Made by a program: the position numbers and the translations under genes. A DNA stretch of 64,000 bases from Ignavibacteriota bacterium (lineage in GTDB: Bacteria > Bacteroidota > Ignavibacteria > Ignavibacteriales > Melioribacteraceae): positions 3,465,902 to 3,529,901 of the forward strand of contig JADJGF010000001.1 in NCBI GenBank assembly GCA_016708125.1. Reading direction: 5' to 3'. Each line of letters begins with the position of its first letter. The first letter of the stretch is position 1. Under the pieces are notes generated by a model. It saw only the letters and a list, made by a program, of their open reading frames with translations, did no database searches and was not told where the DNA came from. Shown here piece after piece: positions 37,798-45,632 of the stretch.

Positions 37798-38067
37798 ATG
37801 AATAAAACAGCAACTCAAATTCTATTGGATGAGATCCAAATTCTAAAAAATCAAATTCATTTGATTTCCGGTACAATTGAAACTTTAGTAAAAACTAATG
37901 AAGATCTAATGACTTCAGAAAATGCAGCAAAATATCTTGGAATTAGTACCGGAGCACTTCGGCAATTAGTTTTTAAAAATAAGTTGCTCCCAAGAAAATT
38001 TGAAGATGGAAGAAAAAATTATTTTCTCAAAAGTGAGATAATTAACATGCTGAAAACAGTAAAATAA
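37798..38067 (+). CDS. Excisionase/MerR-type helix-turn-helix DNA-binding protein
   Basis: MTSENAAKYLGISTGALRQLVFKNKL resembles the HTH_17/excisionase family. 89 aa. Confidence 0.6.
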   Translation: MNKTATQILLDEIQILKNQIHLISGTIETLVKTNEDLMTSENAAKYLGISTGALRQLVFKNKLLPRKFEDGRKNYFLKSEIINMLKTVK

Positions 38068-38222
38068 TCATGATTAGAAAGCTCACACATATTTTATTTA
38101 ATTATCTAACTGATAAAATTAAAATGGTTTATAATGCTGAAAACATTTATTAAAAAAGATCATGAAACAAAATCAACACAAAAACAATTCTTTTTCTTGT
38201 TTCTCTTAAGTACATGCCAAAT

Positions 38223-38260
38223 AAATGCTCCCGTGATCCAAAAGATTACGGAGCATTTTT
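38223..38260 (+). terminator. Terminator-like hairpin just upstream of the DUF4373 gene RBS
   Basis: AAATGCTCCCGT ... ACGGAGCATTT stem (one bulge) followed by TTT. Could be a terminator or attenuator. Confidence 0.45.
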
Positions 38261-38271
38261 AGGGGGGAATT

Positions 38272-39276
38272 GTGGCACGTAACACAAAACAAGGTGTTGA
38301 TTATTTCCCTTTAGATTGTCGTTTTGATGACAATATTGATCTATATTTGACTGAAAAAGAAAGTAACGGATTAGCCGTCTTAATAACAACTTGGCAGCTT
38401 ATTTATTCAAATGATGGATATTTCAAAAAGTTTGATGACGATTTGTTGTTAATGATAAAAAAGAGAATAGGTTTAAGTTTGGATGAAATCAGAAGTTGTT
38501 TAATGGCATGTATTAAGAGAGAAATATTTGATAAAAACCTATTCGAAAAATTCAACATTCTTAGTTCCAGGACAATTCAAAAAATATATTTTTCATCGGC
38601 AAAAAAGAAAAAAGAAATTATTATTGTAAACCTTGACTATTTATTATTTATGCCTGAGAATGATAATTTAATAGATTCCGGCGGAAATAAAATAAATGTT
38701 TGCGGAAATCAAATAGATTCCGGCGGAAATACCACAAAGGAAGAGGAAGAAGAAAAGAAAAAGAAAAAGGAAAACCAACCTAATTTATTTCCGGAAAATG
38801 AAGTTGAAAAGATAAAAGCATTATTTGAAACTTATACGATACATTCTAATCCATATTACAAAACTTTCATTGAGCCTATTTTAGAGTTAAGAAAAAAAAT
38901 TCCTGAAGATATGACAATTGAGCAAATTGATGAAGTTATTACATCATATTTTGTAAAATATGGTAAAGATAAACCTATCAATATGGAGTTTTTTTTAGAC
39001 AATATTTCTAAAGAAATAATAAAAAAGCATGAAGAAATATTAAATATCAAAAAACAAAAACTCTTAAAAGAAGCTGAAAAGGCGAGATTAACATATACAG
39101 AAATTAACCATGAAGCCGATGAAATTTTTAAGAAACAGCAATTGTTAAAACAAAAAGAAAATTTTGATAAGAATTATGATAAATTCTCTGAAGCAGAAAA
39201 AGAGAAATTTATTCGTTTATTTGAAAATGGACTTTCGATGAGTATAAGTTTGGAATTTCCACAATTACAATGTTAG
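38272..39276 (+). CDS. DUF4373 (Lin1244/Lin1753-like N-terminal) replication-initiation-like protein
   Basis: N-terminus ARNTKQGVDYFPLDCRFDDNIDLYLTEKESNGLAVLITTWQLIYSNDGYF is typical of DUF4373 phage replication proteins. GTG start after GGGGGG. Confidence 0.7.
   Translation: MARNTKQGVDYFPLDCRFDDNIDLYLTEKESNGLAVLITTWQLIYSNDGYFKKFDDDLLLMIKKRIGLSLDEIRSCLMACIKREIFDKNLFEKFNILSSRTIQKIYFSSAKKKKEIIIVNLDYLLFMPENDNLIDSGGNKINVCGNQIDSGGNTTKEEEEEKKKKKENQPNLFPENEVEKIKALFETYTIHSNPYYKTFIEPILELRKKIPEDMTIEQIDEVITSYFVKYGKDKPINMEFFLDNISKEIIKKHEEILNIKKQKLLKEAEKARLTYTEINHEADEIFKKQQLLKQKENFDKNYDKFSEAEKEKFIRLFENGLSMSISLEFPQLQC
38671..38731. repeat. 19-bp perfect direct repeat ATAGATTCCGGCGGAAATA x2; GCGGAAAT core x3 at 21-bp spacing
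   Basis: Copies at 38671-38689 and 38713-38731. GCGGAAAT at 38681, 38702 and 38723. Followed by a 39-nt all-purine tract at 38736-38774. Confidence 0.95.
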
Positions 39277-39289
39277 AACGGTTAATAAA

Positions 39290-39580
39290 ATGAGAAAAAA
39301 TAAAACTTCACAAAAAACATTTAGCGAACTAAATGAGAAAATTTTAAATCAACTGATACAATTAACAAATCAGTCTTTTGAGCAACATATAACAAATGTC
39401 TATGAAGCATCAAAAAAAGAAGAGCTACTTTTTTATCTTCAGGGCTTCGGAAATTATATGGATCAAATATTTAAGAATCTTAAAGAAGATTTTGAAAATA
39501 GGTTAATAATCGAACAATGGAGAGATGACTTATTAAAATTGGATCCACTAATTACGGATATTGAACAAAGAAAAAATTGA
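39290..39580 (+). CDS. Hypothetical protein
   Basis: ORF only. Confidence 0.4.
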   Translation: MRKNKTSQKTFSELNEKILNQLIQLTNQSFEQHITNVYEASKKEELLFYLQGFGNYMDQIFKNLKEDFENRLIIEQWRDDLLKLDPLITDIEQRKN

Positions 39581-39720
39581 AAACAATTGAGAACAATCTA
39601 AACTTGATTATTTAATCATATTATTTTGAAATGAGTTAAGGACTTTGTGAAACAAAAAGTATATAAAAATGAAATATTATTTTCCATAAGTTATTAAAAT
39701 GATAAGGTTTATAAAAATCC

Positions 39721-39966
39721 ATGTCAAATGATATTACTAAAACAAAACCTAAAAAAATCAGAAATGTTAAATCGGCTCGAAGATTATTGGCGGATTTGAT
39801 TTATTATCTTCAGCTTGAAATTATTCCAAGTGAAAAAGCGAAGTCAATCGCATATATGCTTATTAAATATGGTGAACTTTTTAAAACTGAAAATCTATTA
39901 TCAATTGAAGAGCTTGAAAAAAGATTTAAAATTTTAGAGGAAAAAATAAATGATAAAAAATCTTGA
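39721..39966 (+). CDS. Hypothetical small basic/helical protein
   Basis: ORF only. Basic N-terminus and a helical C-terminus with an ELEKRFKILEEK coiled coil. Confidence 0.4.
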   Translation: MSNDITKTKPKKIRNVKSARRLLADLIYYLQLEIIPSEKAKSIAYMLIKYGELFKTENLLSIEELEKRFKILEEKINDKKS

Positions 39967-40300
39967 TAAGAGACTTTCAAGACTTGAAGCAAAGATGTTT
40001 TTATTAAGTGAAAATTTTGATCGTGAATCTAAAATTATGGCAATGTTTAAATTTATGGATGAGTACGAATTGGAATTAATTGTTTCAACAAAAGATAACG
40101 TTGAATTAGAATCAATTTTAGATACCATGCTTAAAAAATATGAATATGCATTAAAAGATTTTTCTTTAACAAAAAAAGAAAAATTAGAAATGGAGCTTTT
40201 AAAAACACTTCCAATATATCGGTTAAAAAAAATTGCAAATGGTGAAAAAGAAGAAATAGAAATTTTTAATTCAAGATTAAAAGAATTGTTAGAATCATAA
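39950..40300 (+). CDS. Hypothetical protein
   Basis: ORF overlapping the previous stop. Confidence 0.4.
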   Translation: MIKNLDKRLSRLEAKMFLLSENFDRESKIMAMFKFMDEYELELIVSTKDNVELESILDTMLKKYEYALKDFSLTKKEKLEMELLKTLPIYRLKKIANGEKEEIEIFNSRLKELLES

Positions 40301-40315
40301 AGGAAAAATAAAAAA

Positions 40316-40459
40316 ATGGCAAAGAAAAAAAGTAAAAACTCATCACTAATTACCGGAATTAAAAAAGGCAAGTATTCAATCGGCGCAACTCGTGATCAAA
40401 TTGCAGCTCGTAAAATTGATAAAAATTCTATTGGTGCAAAAAGTTCACGAGAAAAATAA
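40316..40459 (+). CDS. Possible small basic protein (47 aa), not in the ORF track
   Basis: ATG 40316 after AAAGGA. MAKKKSKNSSLITGIKKGKYSIGATRDQIAARKIDKNSIGAKSSREK. Confidence 0.3.
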   Translation: MAKKKSKNSSLITGIKKGKYSIGATRDQIAARKIDKNSIGAKSSREK

Positions 40460-40479
40460 ATTACAAATAGGTTTTAAAA

Positions 40480-40722
40480 ATGGCAAAACTTTTTGAAATA
40501 ACCGACAATTTAACGAAAGAGGAATTATTTCAATTTCTAAATCAAAATAATTTCTTGGTGAAAGATTTGTTGGATTACTTAACAACTTTGGATCTTGGTG
40601 GACTTAATGAAACATTTACAGTTTTAAGAGATGCACATAATGATAGACTATTGATTGAGGAATTAATCACAAAAAAAACTTTAGAAGAAAATCTTATAAA
40701 TGATTCATTGAAAAAAAATTAG
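40480..40722 (+). CDS. Hypothetical protein
   Basis: ORF only. Confidence 0.4.
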   Translation: MAKLFEITDNLTKEELFQFLNQNNFLVKDLLDYLTTLDLGGLNETFTVLRDAHNDRLLIEELITKKTLEENLINDSLKKN

Positions 40723-40734
40723 GGATAAAATAAA

Positions 40735-42951
40735 ATGGCAAACGATAATATTAAAGTTGGTTCTGCAGCGATTGAGCTTGGTGTAATTGACAAAACCAAA
40801 GAGGGATTTGAAAAAATAAAATCAAATTCTAAAAAAGAAGTAAAAAGTTTAGAAGATAGTTTAAAAAATGTTAAAGTACAGTTAGATACAAGAATTGCTT
40901 CAATGCAATTTAAAGAACTTGAAAAATTTCATACTTACCTGAAGAAAAGATTAGAAGAAAAAATAAAATTAAATGTTGATTCAAGAAGCATTGAAACGAC
41001 AAAAACACAAATTGGAGCTGTAGCAGATAAATTAAATAAGTTAAGAACTGAAGCTTCGTTAATGCAAAAATCTTCAGCTAATATTGGGGATTTATTTTCC
41101 GGTGCAATGGGTGTCAAATTATCTACAGCCGGAATAGTTGCCGGTGTTACAGCACTTGGAACGATTGCCGTTGATGCCGCTAAGGCATACATTGAAATTG
41201 AGGGTGTTCAAAATGCTTTCAACAAATTAAACAATCCAAATATTTTAGATAAACTTAGAGAAGTTACTAGAAACACAATTGCTGATTCTGAATTGATGCA
41301 AATTTCATTGAGAGCTGTAGATAAAAATATTTCGTTTGATAATTTGGAAACAATTTTAGAGTTAGCAAAAAACAAAGCAAGTGAAACCGGAATGTCATTT
41401 GATTATTTAGCAATTAAATTAATTGACGATATTGGAAATAAATCAACTTCGGCACTTGAAAATTTTGGTGTATCTGTTAGTGAAATGGAAGCTGAAATTA
41501 AGAATGTTGGTAATTATGGTGAAGCCGCTTTTAACATGGTAAGTAAAAGTATTACTAATATGGGATTTGTAGCGGAAACCAATAAAGACAAATTAGAACA
41601 AATCTATTCACTAATCAAAAATATAAAAGAAGCATTTGGCGGTTTTGTTTTTGATGCAATTAATTTTACTGTAAAATATTCCTCACCTCAAAATATCATG
41701 AATTCTGAAATGCAGGAAGCTTATGAAAAAGTCATGAAAGAATTTACAGCAAAACAGAAACAATTAAATGAATCAATAAAATCAGCACAAAATACAGCAA
41801 GTGAAAACAGCATTGGAAAAAGTGAAAATCAAATATTAGACTATATAAAAATTGTTCAGGAAAAAATTAATAATTTTGGTGAAGCAACAACTGAAGAGGA
41901 AAAAACAAAGTTAGAACAATTAAACGCAAAATTAAATGTTTATAAAAAAGCACATGAAGATTTAGCTCCATTACTAGAGCCATATAAAAAATCCTTAGGC
42001 GATATAGAAGAAAAAATTAAAACACTTCAATCACTTCAAAAAAATTATGCTATTAGCGATTCACAATATTCAAATATCGGAAAAGAAATTGATAGATTAG
42101 AGAATATTATAAACCCAAAAAAAACAAAGGTAAAAGTACCAAAAGAGAAAAAAACTAAATTGGATTTTAGTGAATTTGATTTAATTGGCGAAGATCAAGC
42201 CTGGATGGATGAACTTATTAAAAATGAAAATGAAGCTGCAAAAATTAGACTTGAAAATCTTCAGCTATATATTGATGCAAGGAATGAATTATCTGAAGAT
42301 GAGAAAAAAGATTTGAAAGAAAGATTAGAAAGAGAAAAAGAAATTCATGAGTTAAGAATGAATGCACTAGGCGAATTTGGGAATGCACTTGAGGGATTAG
42401 GTTCACATGGAAAAACATTTGTATCATACTTCAATACAATACTTCAAACAGCATTAAGAATTTCCGATGCATTAAATACAATGAAAGAAGATCCCTTTTC
42501 AGGTGGACTTGGAATTGCTTCAGGAATATTTGGACTTGTAACAAAACTTATTCCCGGCATGGCAAAAGGCGGTTCAGTTTCAAACTTCGGCGGCGGGAAT
42601 ATACAGTTCCAACCTCATCAAAAATTTGCAAGTGGTGTAAATAATTTTGTTGTTCCTCCCGGGTTTAACCGAGATAATTATTTAGTTGGTGTTCAAAGTG
42701 GTGAAAGGTTAAATGTTACTCCGGCAAATCAAACCAACAATCTTTCAACTAAATCAATTGAAAATATTTTATCAGGTATTTATGGCAGAATAGGTGCAAT
42801 GAATTTGAACGTAACTAATGCTATTAGAGGAGGTCTAAGCGATTCTCAAATAATAAACTTGAAGATAGGAGATGAAACTATTAGTAAAGTAATTCAAAGA
42901 AGAACTAATAGAAATAATCGTTCAAATACAAAACCAACAACGGATTTATAA
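40735..42951 (+). CDS. Tail tape-measure-like protein
   Basis: 738 aa, long coiled coils, hydrophobic Gly/Ala-rich segments (GAMGVKLSTAGIVAGVTALGTIAVDAAKAY; GGLGIASGIFGLVTKLIPGMAKGG), and a TP901-type core-like stretch around ...ASETGMSFDYLAIKLIDDIGN. Confidence 0.5.
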   Translation: MANDNIKVGSAAIELGVIDKTKEGFEKIKSNSKKEVKSLEDSLKNVKVQLDTRIASMQFKELEKFHTYLKKRLEEKIKLNVDSRSIETTKTQIGAVADKLNKLRTEASLMQKSSANIGDLFSGAMGVKLSTAGIVAGVTALGTIAVDAAKAYIEIEGVQNAFNKLNNPNILDKLREVTRNTIADSELMQISLRAVDKNISFDNLETILELAKNKASETGMSFDYLAIKLIDDIGNKSTSALENFGVSVSEMEAEIKNVGNYGEAAFNMVSKSITNMGFVAETNKDKLEQIYSLIKNIKEAFGGFVFDAINFTVKYSSPQNIMNSEMQEAYEKVMKEFTAKQKQLNESIKSAQNTASENSIGKSENQILDYIKIVQEKINNFGEATTEEEKTKLEQLNAKLNVYKKAHEDLAPLLEPYKKSLGDIEEKIKTLQSLQKNYAISDSQYSNIGKEIDRLENIINPKKTKVKVPKEKKTKLDFSEFDLIGEDQAWMDELIKNENEAAKIRLENLQLYIDARNELSEDEKKDLKERLEREKEIHELRMNALGEFGNALEGLGSHGKTFVSYFNTILQTALRISDALNTMKEDPFSGGLGIASGIFGLVTKLIPGMAKGGSVSNFGGGNIQFQPHQKFASGVNNFVVPPGFNRDNYLVGVQSGERLNVTPANQTNNLSTKSIENILSGIYGRIGAMNLNVTNAIRGGLSDSQIINLKIGDETISKVIQRRTNRNNRSNTKPTTDL

Positions 42952-43044
42952 TAAGTTCTATGAATGAACTTTCTTAGAATGATTGTTCTTTTGCTTTATT
43001 CTAAATGAGTTACAGAATTTGTGAAACAAAAATAAATCAAATAT

Positions 43045-43860
43045 TTAATTCTTACTTAATATTTCTGATATATTACTTGAAGCTTTAAATACATCTATTA
43101 GATTTGTTCTAAGCATTATTGCAAAAATTTCCTTTTGAGAAAATTGTAAATTATTTTCCTCATTTAAATATTTTCTATTATAAACATCTGCAAAATAATT
43201 TAAACCAGATAAATTTATATATAAATCATCAATCATATTCAAGATATTTGCATTATTGCTAATTCTTAAATTAAATCTTTTTAATATTTTATCAAGATGA
43301 TTTTGAGCCTCACTACAATACTTAATTATTCCATTTATTTCATGTTCTTTGAATTCTAAAGAAATGTCATTTTCTGAAATATCATATTTTAGGTAATTAG
43401 TAAAAGTATTTATGAATATATCAGGTTCTTTGAATAGATCCATTTCGTTTATTTGTAGTTTTTTATTTAAGTCTAATGTTACAAATATTTCATAAATATG
43501 TAAGTTAAATATGAAATTTAATTCTTTATGAATTTTATTTTCAATTGGTTTCCATTTACTTGCTTCATAATAATTAAACATTATGCCAATGATAATTGTT
43601 GAGATCCATATTCCAAGTAATTCAGTTGCAATGTTTAGGTAAATATCTTCAACTTTGATTTCTTCAGAAAAACAAAAATATAATGTAAAAGGAATTAACG
43701 GCAATAGGGAAAAATATAAAATCCACATTGGTTTAAAAGGTAAATATTTCATTTTAAAGAAACCAAAAATTTTAGAAACTTTTGATCTAAAGAAATTTGG
43801 TATAATTGATAATTCTTTGAACTTTGTTTTTAGTAATTGAAAAAATTTTTGAAGTTTCAT
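43045..43860 (-). CDS. Membrane-anchored protein of unknown function (reverse-strand cargo)
   Basis: Hydrophobic segments (WILYFSLLPLIPFTLYFCF; LLGIWISTIIIGIMF) followed by a ~170-aa soluble domain. Opposite orientation to the rest of the element. Confidence 0.55.
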   Translation of the reverse strand: MKLQKFFQLLKTKFKELSIIPNFFRSKVSKIFGFFKMKYLPFKPMWILYFSLLPLIPFTLYFCFSEEIKVEDIYLNIATELLGIWISTIIIGIMFNYYEASKWKPIENKIHKELNFIFNLHIYEIFVTLDLNKKLQINEMDLFKEPDIFINTFTNYLKYDISENDISLEFKEHEINGIIKYCSEAQNHLDKILKRFNLRISNNANILNMIDDLYINLSGLNYFADVYNRKYLNEENNLQFSQKEIFAIMLRTNLIDVFKASSNISEILSKN

Positions 43861-44059
43861 TTTTTGCTTCCGTTGGATTTATTCCTATAAGAATTTTTTC
43901 AAAATAAAATATTCTTACTTTCAGATTAAACATTTTATTTTCTTCTATAAGATTTGAAGTTATACAGTACTCATGAAATATTTTTAAAAGTTTAAGTGAG
44001 GATAAGTCTAATTCCAATTCAATTTCCATGTGAGAGTTTGTTAAAGAAATTACTTTCAA
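43787..44059 (-). CDS. Possible small ORF upstream of and overlapping the cargo gene (or its frameshifted N-terminus)
   Basis: TTG start. Overlaps 43045-43860 by 74 nt in another frame, and an A-run sits at the overlap. Confidence 0.25.
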   Translation of the reverse strand: MKVISLTNSHMEIELELDLSSLKLLKIFHEYCITSNLIEENKMFNLKVRIFYFEKILIGINPTEAKNETSKIFSITKNKVQRIINYTKFL

Positions 44060-44145
44060 AATTAAAAAAAATATTTTGAATAAGTATTGACTATTTAATA
44101 TTTGTTTTTTAAGTTTATATCATTCTAAAAACAAGGCTCTATTCA

Positions 44146-44229
44146 ATGCATCAAAATCAAATGAAATTTTATTCAGGAAAAGAGATTGCCTTGATCGTGA
44201 GATTTTGGCATAGTCACCTTGACTATTAG
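44146..44229 (+). CDS. Possible 27-aa ORF
   Basis: Preceded at a 9-nt distance by the same 14-nt box TTCTAAAAACAAGG that precedes the ATG of 44272-44499. Confidence 0.25.
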   Translation: MHQNQMKFYSGKEIALIVRFWHSHLDY

Positions 44230-44271
44230 AAGATCTCTTTTCCTATAATTCTAAAAACAAGGAGCTCCAAA

Positions 44272-44499
44272 ATGGAAAACACAATCCAACAATCATTTAG
44301 CATCAATGAAAAACTTATTGTTTTAAACACAATACTTGAAAAAGTTTGGACTTTAACATCAAGTTTAAAAGAAGATGAAACCGATGCCAATATTGCAGAA
44401 TCGCATTTAAAAGGTGCACAACTAATTCTAAATTCAGTTACTGAAGATATTCATTCAATACAAGAAAATTTTACAAACAATATTCCGGTAATTGTATAA
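44272..44499 (+). CDS. Hypothetical small protein
   Basis: AAGGAG RBS. 75 aa. No motif. Confidence 0.45.
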   Translation: MENTIQQSFSINEKLIVLNTILEKVWTLTSSLKEDETDANIAESHLKGAQLILNSVTEDIHSIQENFTNNIPVIV

Positions 44500-44594
44500 A
44501 AAGAATTATTTATAAGGACTTTGTATAGATTTTGTTTCACATGAACTGAGATTGTAGGTTAAGATATTTTAATTAACTATGTTACAAAATATGA

Positions 44595-44615
44595 GAGCTT
44601 TCAAAATTTGATGAC
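44595..44615. repeat. attR core: 21-bp direct repeat GAGCTTTCAAAATTTGATGAC
   Basis: Identical to 34757-34777. Contains the mtnA start codon (ATG 44611). Confidence 0.85.
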
Positions 44616-45624
44616 ATCTAATTTTAACTCAATTGATTTGATTGATAACCAATTAATTTTGATTGATCAAACAAAATTGCCATTTGAAGAAACCTATATT
44701 AAAACTGATGATTATGAGAGAATTGCAATTGCTATCGAACGTCTTGAAGTAAGAGGCGCTCCGGCAATTGGAATTTCTGCGGCATATGCAATAGCTCTAA
44801 GTTTTAAAAATGTTTTAGAAAGTAAAAATGTACATTTCGAAAAAGTTTTTTCAAGATTATTAAAAACAAGACCAACCGCCGTAAATCTTTTTTGGGCATT
44901 ACAACGAATGAAAAATATTTTTGAATCAAATAAAAATTCTAAAGATATTTTTGAGGTTTTGCTGAATGAAGCAAAATTAATTCACGAAGAAGATATTTTA
45001 ATGTGTGATAAAATTGCTCAAAACGGATTGCAAATATTTGATAAAATTTCTACAGTTTTAACTCACTGCAATACAGGGAAACTCGCTACCGGCGGCGGCG
45101 GAACGGCATTTAACGTTATTAAATATGGATTTGAAAAAGGTAAAGTTAAATTTGTTTATGCCGATGAAACTCGTCCGTTATTTCAAGGAAGCAGATTAAC
45201 GGCATTTGAATTACATAAATCCGGAATACCATTTTCAATTAACACTGATTCAACTGCTGCTTACTTATTGCAAAATTCTAAAATTGATTTGGTAATAACC
45301 GGCGCTGATAGAATTGCAATTAACGGTGATTCTGCCAATAAAATTGGGACTTATAACTTAGCAGTGTTATGTAAATATCATAAAATTCCTTTCTACATTG
45401 CCGCTCCAACTTCTACAATAGATAAAAATTGCGATACCGGAAAAAAAATCATAATTGAGTTTAGAGATAAAAAAGAAATCAACACTTTAAGAAATGAGAA
45501 AATAACCAAAGATGAATACGAAGTTTTTTCTCCGGCGTTTGATGTAACTCCGAATGAATTAATTTCCGGAATTATTACCGAAAAAAAACTTCATTTACCT
45601 CCTTACGATTTTACGAAAATCTGA
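44611..45624 (+). CDS. mtnA: S-methyl-5-thioribose-1-phosphate isomerase (eIF-2B-related MtnA type)
   Basis: RGAPAIGISAAYA, THCNTGKLATGGGGTA, ADETRPLFQGSRLTAFEL, GADRIAINGDSANKIGTY. Confidence 0.85.
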   Translation: MTSNFNSIDLIDNQLILIDQTKLPFEETYIKTDDYERIAIAIERLEVRGAPAIGISAAYAIALSFKNVLESKNVHFEKVFSRLLKTRPTAVNLFWALQRMKNIFESNKNSKDIFEVLLNEAKLIHEEDILMCDKIAQNGLQIFDKISTVLTHCNTGKLATGGGGTAFNVIKYGFEKGKVKFVYADETRPLFQGSRLTAFELHKSGIPFSINTDSTAAYLLQNSKIDLVITGADRIAINGDSANKIGTYNLAVLCKYHKIPFYIAAPTSTIDKNCDTGKKIIIEFRDKKEINTLRNEKITKDEYEVFSPAFDVTPNELISGIITEKKLHLPPYDFTKI

Positions 45625-45632
45625 AATTTAAA

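Larger units (their letters stand above)
34757..44615 (+). mobile_element. Integrative element (~9.8 kb): satellite-like element or defective prophage
   Basis: Bounded by a 21-bp direct repeat, with a tyrosine integrase next to attL. Contains an excisionase-type HTH, a DUF4373 Rep-like gene, repeat arrays, a tape-measure-like gene and reverse-strand cargo. The flanking genes form an overlapping pair once the element is removed. Confidence 0.8.

Noticed and set aside
39934-40371. 145-aa minus-strand ORF. Similar antisense ORFs occur at 155-367, 2421-2711, 4208-4576, 6110-6472, 8699-8959, 9972-10262, 21721-22074, 25018-25506, 25910-26169, 29501-29722, 32706-32936, 34243-34667, 37002-37256, 38856-39050, 40935-41192, 46380-46975, 50551-50772, 53420-53656, 54940-55146 and 58043-58261.
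   Set aside because: All lie entirely inside better-supported genes on the opposite strand. They have low-complexity F/I/S/L-rich translations typical of shadow frames in AT-rich DNA, and they lack RBS signals.
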